Origin: Prorocentrum cordatum
Lineage: Eukaryota
DNA length: 64,000 nucleotides
NCBI GenBank assembly: GCA_963575745.1
Contig: CAUYUJ010000281.1
Coordinates: 372,001 to 436,000 of the forward strand
Direction: 5' to 3'
The notes below the pieces were generated by a model. That model ran no database searches, had not been told where the DNA came from, and saw nothing but the letters and a program-made list of their open reading frames with translations. Of the stretch, positions 22,915-36,305 are shown in pieces. The stretch's first letter is position 1, and every line of letters starts with the position of its first letter. The position numbers were made by a program, and so were the translations under genes.

Positions 22915-25900
22915 CACTGCCCATGCCAGAGCGTGCCACAAAAAGCCTGACACAACCGACGCGCAGGCGACGCGCACAGCCCTTGTCCGCGCGCGCTTGC
23001 TGGCGGCCAGTGCGCGTTGCAAAGCGGGGCCCTGAGGGCGCGCTGGCGGCGGCTGGACCAATCCTTTTTCCTGCCGCGGCGGAGCTGGCGCAGCCCCCAC
23101 CAGAAAACAACAGAAAAAACATCACGGTGGCCTCTGGGGCCCTCGCTCCCGAGGAGCCCCGAACTGTCCGAAGCGAAGCGGTCCGGCGCCCTGATGGCCC
23201 CGCCCTGCAACGGCTCTCTAAGTTTCGACGGCGAGGGCTGGCGCGGGGTCCACGCGCGCCCGGAATCGCTCATCAGGCGAGCGCTGGACAGAAATCGCCA
23301 GCCGATCCTAGACACGGCGGGGTAAGCAACTTCCGCTGGCGACGAGGCGACCCGGCGCAGGTGACGGAAACGCCCCAGTTTGCCGAGAGCCGCACCCATG
23401 GTCGCACCTGACGCCGCCGAGGAGGGGAAGCTATCCCACACGGTCGAGGCCCACTGATACACCACGTGCCCCGTATCGGCAGCCAGCGGGTCTGCCAACG
23501 CTCCAAGCCTGCACGAGCGGAGCCTGGACCCAAGACTGGATCCTTTCGGGGGCTCCCCATATGCTACGGACAGCAGAAATACGCAGGCCATGCAAGGCCG
23601 ACGGGGGGGGGCCCAGTAACAGTGCCTCCCCAGAGCGCCGCCGCAGTAGCCCCAACCCTTTGGATGCGGCTTGCATCCGCACCCGCGCTCTGCAAGATCT
23701 GCAACCGCTGGCCCCTAGATTTGGCAGCAACGAACCTACCCCTGGCAATGCCGACTGGGCGACTAGACCCCGAAGACGCTTTCGTGCCAAGATTCCGAGC
23801 CGAACTCACCCTGGACGAGGACGGGATCCTCCATTGATCCCTGAAATACCTGGACACCTCCTGGCTACAAATATACTTGGTCTTGCTCACTTCAACTGGA
23901 AGACTGGGCCGATCAAAATCCGTCAGCAGCGACTCAACCTCTTCACCGGGGACCTGGGCCACCTGCTCCTTCCCTGAACATACGCGCAGCGCAATATCGC
24001 CCACGACATTCCGAACCATCAGCTGCGGCCCCCCCAAAAAGCAGCTTCGCAAGACGCGTCGCCGGGCCGCTCCACCGCAACCTGCTGCGACAGACCGGGT
24101 CGCGCGCACCGCCCGTGACACAGCACCGCCATAGAGAAGCACGCAGGGACATGCATATATTGCGCACAGGCAGCGCAACAGCCAAATCGGGAAGTTGAAC
24201 CTCGGCGCCGCCTCAAACAGGTGCTCGTGACCTATGTGCTCGTAGAACATGGAAGACACCAACAGGGCGGAGGCCGACTCGAACCACGCCCCCACGCAGC
24301 GGTCTTGCTGACCCCCCCAAATGACCTCCATGTGGTCGCGCCCCCAACGCTTGAACAAGGACTGCATCGCCCTGGACCAACTCTTGGTAACTGATAACAT
24401 TTTTTTTTTAAAAAAAAAAATTAGAAAAAATTCAGATGGGACGCGCGCCTCCATGTGCCTTGTCGATAGAAGAAGACACTCGTCATGAAGGAGCAAGTTA
24501 TGTGGTGACTCTTCAGACCTGCGCAGGATGTCGATCAAACAGGTGGCGTACTCATCGCGAAGCTCTAGTACCCAACGATGATGAAACCCATCCCACCCCG
24601 ATCCGCACTTCCTGCTATACCTCTTGCATAACTTCCTCAGAATATCAGGCGATATAGCTGGCAACGCAGCCTCTTCACGAGGCACAGACCAGGTCGCTGG
24701 ATGTCGGGCCCCTCAGCCCGCAACATGCAATATCAACGTCGAGACCTCTTGCTGGTAGCCTAGCGCTTCCCGCCAGCAAACTGGCCCCCCTGCCGCATCT
24801 GGCAAGGACGCGGGGCTCGCCAACGAACTTTTTGAGCAAGCATGCGCCGCCATCCCTCCGCCTTCAGTCGACTCCACTGCCTACGACCCCCACTCCGCCA
24901 ATCTGGACTTGGCACCCTGTCTTCCCCCCTGATCCACCTCCCAACGCAACTTGGACAACACCTCCAGCCCCTCCTCGGCCTTCCCATCCACGACATCGTT
25001 GGCGAGGAGAACTAGGTATGGCTTCGCGGGGCCGCTGTCGTCGAAGTCCAGGGCACCCATCATGCGCGGCAGCTTACCCCTCCACCCGAGCAAGAAATTT
25101 CTGCCTTGACGGCCAACTGCTCTTGCAGCAGACTGCCTGCACCTAGTGGCGAGACTCGGAAACGCCATCCAGGTTGTAGTTGCGCTGGAAAACCTCCGCC
25201 TTTGGCCCTGATCCCAGAGTGTTCGGGACTTGTTGCATCCTTGGCCCTCGAGCCCTGCCGGCGTAGTTCTGAACTTCTCTGCCGTGCAACCCGCGGAACT
25301 GGACCAGGCGGCCCTCCGCAGCCCCGAACCACTGCTTGCGCATTTGTTTGGCGTAAATTCACCAGCTCCCGACATGTCCCCAGTGCACTGCCAGGCAACA
25401 CTCTTTGGCTCGGGATGCGGACCAACGGGGCCATGCTCGAACGGGCGCAACTTAACCCGGCGAGGGATCACGGCGAGGTGGGAGAAACCTCCCAGCTGCA
25501 TGTAGACAGGCCTGCGCGGGCCAAGCGGGGCCTTCGAGCACACCTCGACGCCCTTGGCCCGAGGCGCCAGACATTCCGCCACGAGGAAATAATCCAAGAC
25601 ACGTCCCAATCCAGAAAAGCAAATAGGGTCCAGAACCCCAGTTCCCGCTTCGGCTTCACCTTCTTCGCGGGCTTCGGGCCCCCTCGGGCCCCAGTGCATG
25701 CGGGCTCCCTGGGGGCCGCGATATCGCCCTTGACGATCTCAAACCACCCCGCCGCCATCAACGCGAACGGCTGGACATTGAAACCGCCCTGGACAATCCA
25801 AGGCAGCTGCTGGCTGAGTGGGAGCTATTCCAGGTTATCCAAGAGCGCCGCGTTCTCCCCCGACAGCCCAGTTCCAATGGCGAAGTACACCGTGACCGCG

Positions 25901-28339
25901 AGGAGGCCCTGCGGGAACCCGTCGTTGACCACGCGCACGCTCGCTCTGTTGGCTGGCAGGTCGAGGCGCTTCTCGGGCGAACGGCTTGGAGGCTAAGCTG
26001 CACTGGACTCCGATGGCCAAGCCACCTGAGTTCTCAACGCTACCGCTGCCAGCGCTTGCCGCCAGTCCATGAGACAGCTGCCAGCCATTCCTTGCCCCCC
26101 GCCCTAATGCCGCGGACGCGTTGGCGGCTGTCTTGACGCGTGTCTTCTGAATCATGATCACATCTGGCATGCTCGTCAGCCCGCCTCCAGTGGGGAATTC
26201 GCCCATGCGCCATGCCGAGACAATCTCGGCCGTCCTCCAGGCGTTGGCGTTGATGACCAGGCAGCTCAAGCTCGTGGCTTTGAACCCATCGATTGGCTCC
26301 GACCACGGTGGCGGGCCCTCGACCTGGACCACGCGCGCGCGCGGCTTCGGCCTCTACGACCGCGATGTCGTCGCCTGCCTTGGCGGCCTCCTCGAACGAG
26401 ACGCTGCGCCCCTGCGCCCGCGGCGTCGAAGGAGACGAGGGCGTCGCTGAAGCTCCGGGCCTCCTCGACCCCGACGGCGCAATCGACGGCGGCGGCTTCC
26501 CCGATCCACGAGCGGCAATCGACGAATAGGGCCGCCCTGGACTTCTCGCGCCGCGAGCCTCCGCAGACCGCGTCGAGCCGAGGACGCAGCGGCCGCACTT
26601 GCCGTCGTCGAGGCTGGCGACGGCATCGGGGGGGGGGGGGCTGCGACTCTGCAGGGCTGAATCCTGCTCCACCTCCCCCAGCGGGCGCTGGACTGGCCGT
26701 GCCCCCCCCCGGGCGGGGGCCACTGGACAGGGTCCAGCACCCCGCTGCCGGCCCCGCCGCCTCCTCCAGCGCCGCCTGCCAGCCGCCGCAGCAGCGCTGC
26801 ATCAGCGCCTTGCTGGTCCACCTCCATGGAGCGGTCGCGCGGTTGCCCGTGGCTCGGGGGCGGGGCTGACGGGCGCTCCCAGAGCTGCCCCCTACCGCGC
26901 CAAGGCCAATGAGCCGCCCCTTCCAATCGTCGGCCCACGCTGCACCTTCACCTGCAGCGGCGCGCTCTCCCAGCCGAGCGCCGACGGCGGCGCCGCGGCC
27001 CACGGCGGGGCCGACGGCGGCGCGCGGGCCCGGGGGCACCGCCGATGGCGCCCCAGCAAGCACTTCAGCAGCAGCCGCATCAGCAGCTGCCCCCCGCGTC
27101 GAGGCGGGCGCCCCGCTGGCTGTCAACCTCTTGGGCGCGCCTGGGGGCAAGCGCCAGCAAGCAGCTTGGCGACTGAGCCCAGCCCCGCGCGCTGTTTACC
27201 ACTTGGGTGCACCAGGGGGCTGGGACTTGCGATCTAGGGCCACTGACCTCCTGCGCCGAGACGGCGCGGGGTTGTGGCGAGAACCGCTTTGGGATCAGCG
27301 GGTCGCGCGAAGTTATGCCGATCTCCCGCGCGGATCGGCCCGCAGCCCCCACGCCTCCACCAGGCTGCCTGACAGGGCCTGTCCCACGAGCCGCCACGCG
27401 GCGCAGCGCGGGCGGGCCTGGGCAGCATGCCCGGGGCCTCGAAGCCGAGCTCAAGCTGGCCCCACCCCGCGTCCACGACGTTGTGGCCCCCAGAAGCGGC
27501 GCAGCACGTTGTCCGCCGATCCGACATCAAAGGTGCCGCTTCCTCTTGATCTCAAGCACAGCCGCTGCCTGCGCCTAACGGCTGCTTCCTGCGCCTCTGG
27601 GGCGCAGCCTTGAGCTCGGCTGCGCGGAGCGCCTCGGCCGCAGCCTTGAACTCGGCAGTGCGCTCCTCGAAGTTCTCGGCGCTGGGGCGCCTCCTCGAAG
27701 TTCTCGCCGCGTCGATGATCTCGCCGTCTTCCCTTGCACGGATGTCGGCGGGCGCCCCGCTGGCAGCTGCCACGGCGCTAGGATGAGCACCAGCAGCGCC
27801 GCCGCCAGCAAGCAGCGGCTCCTGCGCAATCTCCGCAACGCCCCTGAGGTCGAGGGCGGTCTGCTGGAGTTTCGCACGCACCTGCGTGGCGGCCTTGGCC
27901 CCCGCATTCGCGCGCAGGCTGGGGTCCAGCGCGGCCGTCGCGACCTTCACCGCGTCATTGATGTCCGCGCGCGTGCGTATATGACCTCTCCAGCTGGGTC
28001 CTTCTTGGTGTCCTGTATGGCCGCGAGGAGCTCAGCCTCCCCCTTTGACGAGCTGCTCGCGGCGCCCCTGGATCTTCTGTGGCTGGAGGTCCTGCTTCTC
28101 AGACTTCACCCGTAAGCTCTCGACCCTCGCCGTGACGACCGAGGGCGGGCCCCAGCTTGCTCGCGCTGCTGGCCCGACGAGGAGGAAGAGGGGGAGGGCG
28201 AGGGGGGGGGGGGCAAGCTAGGTGCGCTCGCGTCATATCTGACGTCCTACCCCTCCCTCCCATCCCTTACCATGGCACTGATTTTCTCTATCCGCGGACG
28301 CGTGTCGTAGCGGACCTGTGGCTCCGCGCGCGCGTGCGC

Positions 28340-28397
28340 AGTGGGTGGTGGTGCACGTGCGTGCGTGCGTGCGTGCGTGTGTGCGTGGTTGTGGTGG

Positions 28398-28428
<31 letters not shown>

Positions 28429-28540
28429 GCTCGTGCTGGTGGTGGTGCTGGTGATGGTGGTGGTTGTGATGGTGGTGGTGGTGGTGGTGGTGGTGGTGGT
28501 GGTGGCGGCGGTGGTGGTGGTGGTGCGGCGCGGTGGTGGC
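28340..28540. repeat. (GTG)n and (CGTG)n microsatellites
   Basis: Directly visible. Confidence 0.9.
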
Positions 28541-28899
28541 GGGCGGATGTGCGCGCGAGAAAGAGGCCCGCGCTGGGGCGAGAACGCCATCCTGAACGAC
28601 GGAGGCCAAACACCGATCCGAAAATGAGGCCCACGCTACAGCGGGAACACGATTCGGAACGATTCGGGAGCAGAAATGAGGCCGGCGCCTCAGCGAGAGC
28701 ATCATTTTGAAGAAAAAAAAGACGCAGTATACGCGGGGGGCGTTCGGCCCGAAAAGGACGCCGGCGCCTCAGCGAGAGTCGTTTCCCGGGATTTCCCGGG
28801 AATCCTGCGTGTAAAAAACAGCGCGCGGAGGGTGCGCGGCCATCGCCCGGGCGCCATCAGGGGAAGAGGGAGAATATTTTCATATTGAGTAATTGTCGA

Positions 28900-31800
28900 G
28901 GAGGAGGCTCGCCAACTCGATGAATCCGAGCGCGCCGAGACAATCCAAGGGAACGAAAGGACGGGTGGAGGAGGCGAGCGAGAGCGGCTCGACGAGAAAA
29001 ACAGAGATGAAACGCAAGCGAATCACCGAGATAAAACGCCATGCGCATTATCAAAGACGAAACCAGAAGTCAGCGTCGTCAGGCGCGAGGAACGGACGGG
29101 GGCCCCGCCCACTTCCCGGGAAGGGGGCCTTTGCCCTGCTCGAGGTCCTTGAGGTACGTGGTGCCCTTGCTGGATGCAATGCCCCGGCGCAGCCCCCGCG
29201 GCCCAGAGTGCGGGGCCGACGGCTGGGCTCTGGCGCCGCGGCGACTGCAAAGCGCCAGGGTATTCCCGGCCAAGAAAACGACGCGCCCTCAAACAGAACT
29301 GGGCCCCGCAGGGCCTTGAGCAGGGAGGGGGCAGTCAGGAGGGAATGCATCGCGGGCAACGCAAGCACGCGATGCTCTCCCAGGACGTCCAGGAGCACAG
29401 GGGCCAGCAGAGGCGCCTTCCCGCGCGGGCCCTCAAGGGCCTGGGGCCCCCGACGACCACCCTTCTCCTTGCGGCCAGCGGTGGGGGCGGACGAGGGCGA
29501 TGGGCGGGGGGGGGGGGGGGGGGCTGGCGTCGGCCGCGCATGCGCCGCGGCCTGACCACCAGACGACTTCGGCACCTTGGCCTGCCTGCTAGCCCCTCGC
29601 CCCTCTTACCCTCGTCCGTCTGAAACCGCACTCTCTCAAAAGCCAGAGACCGCTCATGGACCCCTAGCTCCGAAAGCGGCGGCCCCCCGGACTCCTCCGA
29701 GACACCCGCGGCCTCAGAGGGGGGGGGGGGGGGGGGGGGGCTCGAGGGGGCCCCCGACGCGCGCGCCTCCAGAGGATCCAGCTCAACAGGGCGGCTCCGA
29801 AGACCCCTCCCCGCAGGGAGACGCCGAGCTCTCGGGGCCCGCCGCGCTGTGCAACGTTCCCTCAAGGCCCCAGAGGGCCGCCACCTCGGCAACGCGACGC
29901 TCTCGGAGCCCGAGGGCCCTCGCGCCTCGGGCGGTCGAGGCGAAAGCCTTACAGCGCTCGCATGCAAACCTCCCCCCCGTCCTCCTCACGCGATGAGGGT
30001 GCCCCACTGGGGCCCGCGGCGGTCGCAGCGGCGGCGCCGCCTGGTCACCTGCGACGGACGCCCGCGGCGCTGCCCCCGCGCCGCGAGTGCCGCAGGCGCG
30101 CCGCAGCTCGGCGCTGCGCCTCCGCGGGGGGCACGGCGCGGTCCACGGGCGCGTCGCTCTGGAACTGCATCTTCGACGCGTTTCCGATCCAAACAGCCGC
30201 CTGCCGCGTCTTGAGCAGCGCAAGGGAGCCGCGCTCGACCGCTGACTACGGGGCGCCGCGAGGCCCTCGTCCTCGCATGGCAGCCTGGCCCGCCAAGTCG
30301 CTGCAGCGCTTCTCCCAATAGTCGCCCTTGCGATGCCCCTTGACGTACTTGAAGACGATGGGTGCTTCATCCCCTGCACAACTGGCGCCCGCGCGGTCGT
30401 CGCAACGGCGGGGCAACTGCCGCCATGGGCCCGCGTTGTCTCGTCGAGCGCCAGCGCGCCAACTACGGCCCTTGCGCAGCCCGTCGATCAGCGGCTGGCA
30501 GCTGGCATGCATCCGCAGCGGTGCCACCCCAACTGTCAACACCTGAAGAATCGCGCGCAGCTCTGCCCTGCCAGGTGTCTGGCGCGGGCCAGGCAGTGGT
30601 CCAAAAGAAGCTCCGCAGCGCCGAGAATCACCAACCACCACAAATCCCCATCTAGATCTAGAAGCCGCGTCCCAGTGAAGAAGCTTCGCACAAGACCCGT
30701 CAGTGAATACATCACCAGCGGCAACACATTGGCCACCGAGCGACCTCCCTCGAGCAGCCTTGTCGCAGTGCCACCGTCAAGAGCCATCGCGGGGTGGCAA
30801 TGCTGACATGCCGGAGTTCGGGAATAAGGCCCTCGAGTAGAAGAGATCCCCAGGTATGGTGGGCCTGGCCATATCCAATACTTCAGAATCGACAGCGCGC
30901 CCTCGAAATTCCGCCAGCGACGGGCAGCGCCAGCGCCGATGGTGCGATGCGCCAAACAACGCCACCACGCAAAAGACAACGAGGGGAGGTGGCATAAGCA
31001 TACTGAAATAACAACTGCTGCGAGAAATGACACCCCATAGCTGCAGAGCGAGCCGCCGCAGTGGCCGCGGGGTCCAAACGCCATAGCTTCGCCTTCTGCC
31101 CAGCCTGCAGTATGCCCTGAAAAAGGCGCCAGCCAGCATCCTGCGGGATCTTTTTGACTGGGTCCTGGTATCTCAGGCGTGACATCTCGACGTTTAGACC
31201 GCAGTAGCCGCCCCAGTGCCTCGCAGCCCCCCAGGGAAAGCCAGCGCGCGACCGAGGGCGAGGCGACGCGCAGGTCCAAGAGCTCACCAGACCTGGCACG
31301 GACCGCAAATGTAAACGAGCAAGCACGCTCCAATGCTGCTGCAACGACTCGATGCCGCGCTCGCCGCGCCTTCTGCATGCCCAGATGAGTGACCTCGCCA
31401 GCGTGCGCCACCGCAGCCCAGATGTGAATGGGCCCGACCGCGGAGACATAAGCGGGCTGAGACCCAAGCGACCGTGCCAATCGAGGAGCGATCCAGTGCG
31501 ATGCCCCGGCGGGTATGGCATCTCATCCCATCTTGATTTGCCTGGTCATACGCTGGATAGCATGTGGCGCGGCTCCCAAAATGCACAACCCATATGCGAT
31601 GGCAGGTCCAATGGCAGCCCTCGTCACCTTCCGATCTTTAGCACCCGAATCCAGAAGTCGCTGGAAATGTCGGACACGCTGAGACATGGCCTTCACCCCG
31701 CGGCGCGAGACTTTAGTGCGCGCAGTTTTGCCCGCGCCAACCTCGAGACCCAGGACCTCGAGCCAGGAAAGGGCGCGGGACCCGAACTTCCGAAGCCTCC

Positions 31801-34676
31801 GAGAGATGCGGGGGGCGGTGCGGTCGTGATACGCCGCCGCTATAGCCTTGGACTTGGCCACTGGAAGTCCCGAAGTCCTGCAGGAAGCCATGTAGTAGAC
31901 CAAGGGTGTCAGCCGCCTGCCCTTCCAAAACAGTCAGCGGGGCAATGACCTGCGAGGTGAGATCGTCGGCGAATGCATCTAGCGTGTGCGACGTACCAAC
32001 GCAGGTGCAGGCGACGGTGCCAGCTTGGACTTGGCACTCAACCAATGCAGAAATCATCAGATGCTGAACGCGCGCCGTCGCGAATTTACAACCAGGTAAA
32101 ACACCTTGCTCAACAACCACCGAGCATGACGTAGCCTGCAACCGCACCCATCTGCCCGGCGCCCTATACATGGCCAAGGCACACGCCAGCAACTGACGCG
32201 GAAAGCCATGCTTACGAGCTGCCTCGACCAAGAAGGACCACGCACTGCGTTTGAAGCACTTCTCGATATCCGCGATGGCGGCGACCACCCCAAGCCCGTC
32301 GGCAAGACCAGCCTCAGCACGCAGTAAGGCACGAGAGGCAACATCCAAGGTTAATTTGCCAGCCGCCAATGCGAAGCAAGGCCGGTCATGCTCAAGAAGC
32401 CATTCACGAAGCTGTTGGCCCCGAACCTGAGACCAGGCACGGTAGGCAGCGACCAGCTATGCAATGGGGCGCCATCCCCCCTTCGGCTTCGCCAGCGATA
32501 CAATGTGCACTCTCATCATCTACGTAGGCCTCCGCTCCCAGCGCTCTGCGAGCCACATGATGTAGATGAGGAGGGACAGCACTTCGTCGCTCACGATACT
32601 CAGCGACCGCGGTGCCAGCCTGTCTGCTCCCTGCCCTGTGGTCCAGCGGAAGCTCTCCGCCGCCCTGCGCGCTGTAGCAACGCGAGAGACAGGAAGTGCG
32701 GCCTTCGGAAGTTGCTGGGTGGCCTGAAAGACCTCCGCGGTGCCGTCGAAGTCCGCCATATTGCCGAGTCTCGCACGCATGGCATCCGTGGCCTGCACCC
32801 TCGACCTGAGACAAGGTAGAGCAGTCCGAGACAGGCGAGGCCCGCCAAATCCGAGACCAACCAGCCATCTGGTCATCGGCCACAAGCTGCGCCGCCGTCG
32901 CGTGGATCCCGCGGCGCTGGGCCTGGAAACGCGGTAACCCAAGGGGCTTCGTGAAAGAGAACAGCGGCTTGATGCGGCCCGCCCCGCAGCCTTGCGCCCA
33001 GTCCGAGAAGGCCTTGCGGCGCTGGTGCATGGCCTCCCCCTCCTGCACGTCGGCGAAGCACCCGAGCCAGGCGACCGCTACATGCGCAATTTCTCGGACC
33101 GCGGTCCGCGCATCACCTAGGCCCACCGCTGGGCAGGAATCCATGTGGTAAACCTCAGGAGCAGGGAGAACGCCGAGAAGAAAAGCACGAGGAGCACCAT
33201 GGCCGCGGGGAGCTCGACGGCAGCGCCCCCCCACAGGCGGCGGCGCTCCACGCCGCCTTCGCCCAGCACCCGGGCGGGGGGCTGGCAGGATCGCGGAAGG
33301 CGCCGTCAGGCGCCGCACTGCGATCTCGGACAGCGCTGCGAGCTGGCAGCGGCTCGAAGGTTTCCCGCGTTCCTGCGCCGGCGTCACCGGCCTCCCTTCC
33401 GAGGAAGGGGCAAGGCAAAGCTCCGCGCTCAAGGTCGTCGGTGGCAAGCTGAGCAGAGCGCCCGTCGTCGTGGTAGTAGACCTGGCCATGCTCCCGCTTG
33501 CGCATCTTCAGCGGCGGCGGGAGCAGATCCGCTCCCACGCTGTAGCCCGTGCGCGCCACCTCGTCCGCCTCCGACTTGATGTCGCCCATGGGGTGGGGCA
33601 GCGCAACGGCCTTCACGACGTAGTCCCCACCACGAGATACGCCACCGCCATTGCACCCAAGGTGCGGCTCCGAGACGCGTGCGCTGCGATAGCAGTCCCA
33701 CACTCGACTAACCACTACGCCACGCTCGTCACCTCCCCTGGCAAGGTCGGCTCCCACACTACGCCCAGCAGCAAGTAGGCCACGTACCTCCCCTGCAGGA
33801 CCTTCAAGGGTCAGCTCCGAGACGTGGGCACTGTGATGGCAGTCCCCATTACGACTAACCACTACTCCACGCCCTTCACGTCCCCTTGCAAAATCGGCAC
33901 GCCCACCACGTCCAGCAGCAAGTCGGCCACGCACCTCCCCTGCAGGACCTTCAAGGGTCAGCTCCGAGACGTGGGCACTGTGATGGCAGTCCCCATCACG
34001 ACCCACCACTACGCCGCACTCGTCCCTTCCCCTTGGCAAGGCCAGCGCCCCCACCACGTCCAGCAGCGAGAGTAGGCCACGTACCTCGACCGCAGGCCCT
34101 GCAGCGCGCGGGCCGACGCCAGGCACGCGCGGCGACGGAAGCAGATCAGAACTCGAGCCGTGGTCCGTGCACCCGGCCTCGTCCACCTCCGACAGGATGT
34201 TGCCCATGGAGCGGTCCCCTTGCTGTGCCTGCCTTGGGGGGGGGCTCAGAGAGCTGCTCCCCCACCCCCTCTGGCCAACGCGCCGCCCTTCGCGGTGGTC
34301 AGATCCCGCCCACGCTGCCCCACCAGCAGCGGCACGCTCTCCACGTCGCACACCAGCAGCGACCCCCTGGCGAGGGCCCTCGGCGCACGACGGGCCCACG
34401 GGCATCACGACCTCTGCATCATCCGTCGCCTCCTGATCGCTGCCGCGCTTGGGCCCACGTGGCGACGCCGAGCCTTGTAGCCGCGATGGCGCACCAGGAC
34501 TTTGCGAACTGACGCCCGTGACGGCAGAGCCTGGTAGCCGCATTGGCACACCAGGACTTTGAGAACTGACGCCATAGCACTCCTCGGCATCTTGAGCGTC
34601 ATCACCTGCCAACCCAAACTCCATCTGAGCTGCATGCCAGGACACAGATCGAGCTTCATCTGCATCCAGGAGCGCA
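28900..34676 (-). mobile_element. Decayed non-LTR retrotransposon L2 (RT + RNase H + Cys-rich tail); 3' boundary approximate
   Basis: RT: DIEKCF, QGVLPGC, FADDL (31713-32369); RNase H: GPLPGPRQTPGRAEL...KYVKGH (30246-30641); CERC (~29950); 34200-34350 resembles L1 26820-26990; 5' end abuts (GAG)n. Confidence 0.8.
33650..34090 (-). repeat. 147-bp (49-codon) tandem repeat x3, frame-preserving
   Basis: gctccgagacg at 33667, 33814, 33961; translates as repeated GVVVSRNGDCHHSAHVSELTLEGPAGEVRG. Confidence 0.85.
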
Positions 34677-35280
34677 GGAGGAGGAAGAGCAGGAGGAGGA
34701 GAAGAGGGGAGGAGGAGGAGGAGGAAGAGGAGGAGGAGGAGGAGGAGGAGGAGGAGGAGGAGGAGAGGAGGAGGGGGAGGAGGAGGAGGAGGATGAGGAG
34801 GAGGAGGAGGAGGAGGAGCAGGAGGAGGAGCAGGAGAGGAGGAGGAGGAGGAGGAGGAGGAGGAGGAGAGGAGAGGATGAGGAGGAGGAGGAGGAGGAGG
34901 AGAAGAGGAGGAGGAAGAAGAGGAGGAGGAGGAGGAGGAGGAGGAGAGGGGCAGGAGGGAGGAGGAAGAGGAGGAGGAGTGAGGAAGAGGAGGGGGAAGA
35001 GGAGGAGGAGGAAGAGGAGGAGGAGCAGGAGGAGGAGAGAGGAGGAGAAGGAGGAGGAGAGAGGAGGAGAGAGGAGGAGAGAGGAGGAGAGAGGAGGAGA
35101 GAGAGAGAGGGGAGAGGAGGAGGAGGAGGAGAGAGGAGGAGGAGGAGGAGGAGGAGGAGAGGAGAAGGAGGAGGAAGAGGAGGTGGAGGAGGAGGAGGAG
35201 GAGGAGGAGAAGGAGGAGGAAGAGGAGGAGGAGGAGGAAGGAGAGAAAGGGACAGGACGGGAGGGGGGAGGAAGGGGATA
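34677..35280. repeat. (GAG)n microsatellite
   Basis: Directly visible. Confidence 0.95.
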
Positions 35281-36305
35281 AGGGGCAGGACGCTCGCACG
35301 CACACACGCCCAAGTGCGGCCACTCTGTGAACGCTGGGGTGGCGCTGGTTGCACCAAGCGTTCGAGTTGAAACAGCTAAAATCGTGCACAGTGCAACGCG
35401 AGCTTGATGCTTGATGGAAGGAAGGGGGAGGAGGGGGGGGGAGCGGTAGGAGGGCAGGAAGGAGGTGGAGGGTGGAGGGGCGGAAGGGGGAAAGAAGGAA
35501 GAGAATAGGGAAGGAGGAGGGGGAGGAGGAGGAGGAGGAGAAGGAAGAGGAGTAGGAGGAGGAGGAGGAGGAGGAGGAGAAGGAGGAGGAGGAGGAGGAG
35601 GAGGAGAAGAAGAAAGAGGAGGATGAGGAAGAGAAAGGCGACGAGAGGAAGGGATAGAGGGGGGAGGGAGGGGGTGGGGAGAGGGGGAGGAGGCGGGGGG
35701 CGGGGGGCGGAGGAGGGCGGATGGCATGAGAGGCGGGCTGGAGATGGAGGTGGAGGGGGAGAGGGAGGGAGGGAGGCTGGAGCGGGAGGCGTCTACCGCA
35801 GGGCTCCGGGCGCTGGGCCCGCCCGGAAAAACGTGGCGCGCAGCGCGCGCTCCGACCCCGCGCACGAACCTGCCGCAGGGACGCCGCCCGAACGGCCGAG
35901 AGGCGCTGTCGCTCGGCAGCCCGGCTGGCAGCGCTCCCTGGCCCTCCCGAAGACGGGGCATGCCGAGGCCGCGGCGACGCCGACGACATGCAGACCGATT
36001 GGACGGCGCGCTCCAGGGTACGGCGCGAGGGGGCGGCCGCCTTCGGAGACAAACGTTTTTTGTGTTTCTTCTTTTTTGTGCTTGTGAAAACACATCAAAA
36101 GCATTCAGAACCATATGTGTATATATATATATATAACAAAAAACAGGCAAGTGGCGTATTGGAAGCCGTGCTGGCTTCTCAGAAGCCTTCGTGGAAGCCG
36201 TGCTGGCTTCTCCTGAGAGGACCCGTTCCTTCGAGGAAGCCCCGCCGCCTTCTTGAGAGGCCGCCGCCCTCGCGCCCCCCCACCCTGTGCGCGCCGCTAA
36301 TGCTC

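Larger units (their letters stand above)
21012..28174 (-). mobile_element. Decayed non-LTR retrotransposon L1 (ORF1 coiled-coil, APE, RT, RNase H, Cys-rich tail), 5'-truncated, 14-bp TSD, (CCA)n tail
   Basis: APE: VINANAW, DVIMIQKT, LDYFLV (~25480-26280); RT: GWDGF, FYEHI (~23850-24700); RNase H: IFRDGSA...GPVP...QTA..GE (~22300-22530); CSRCGGY (~21630); cgacgaggaggaag at 20998-21011 and 28175-28188; many frameshifts and stops. Confidence 0.85.

Noticed and set aside
22735..22916. TG/CA instead of TA flanks on a family A MITE as a sign of special base modification
   Set aside because: Single old copy; ordinary transitions explain it.
33155..36052. 965-aa ORF as a real gene
   Set aside because: Chance read-through across flank repeat, (CCT)n tract and LINE 5' region.
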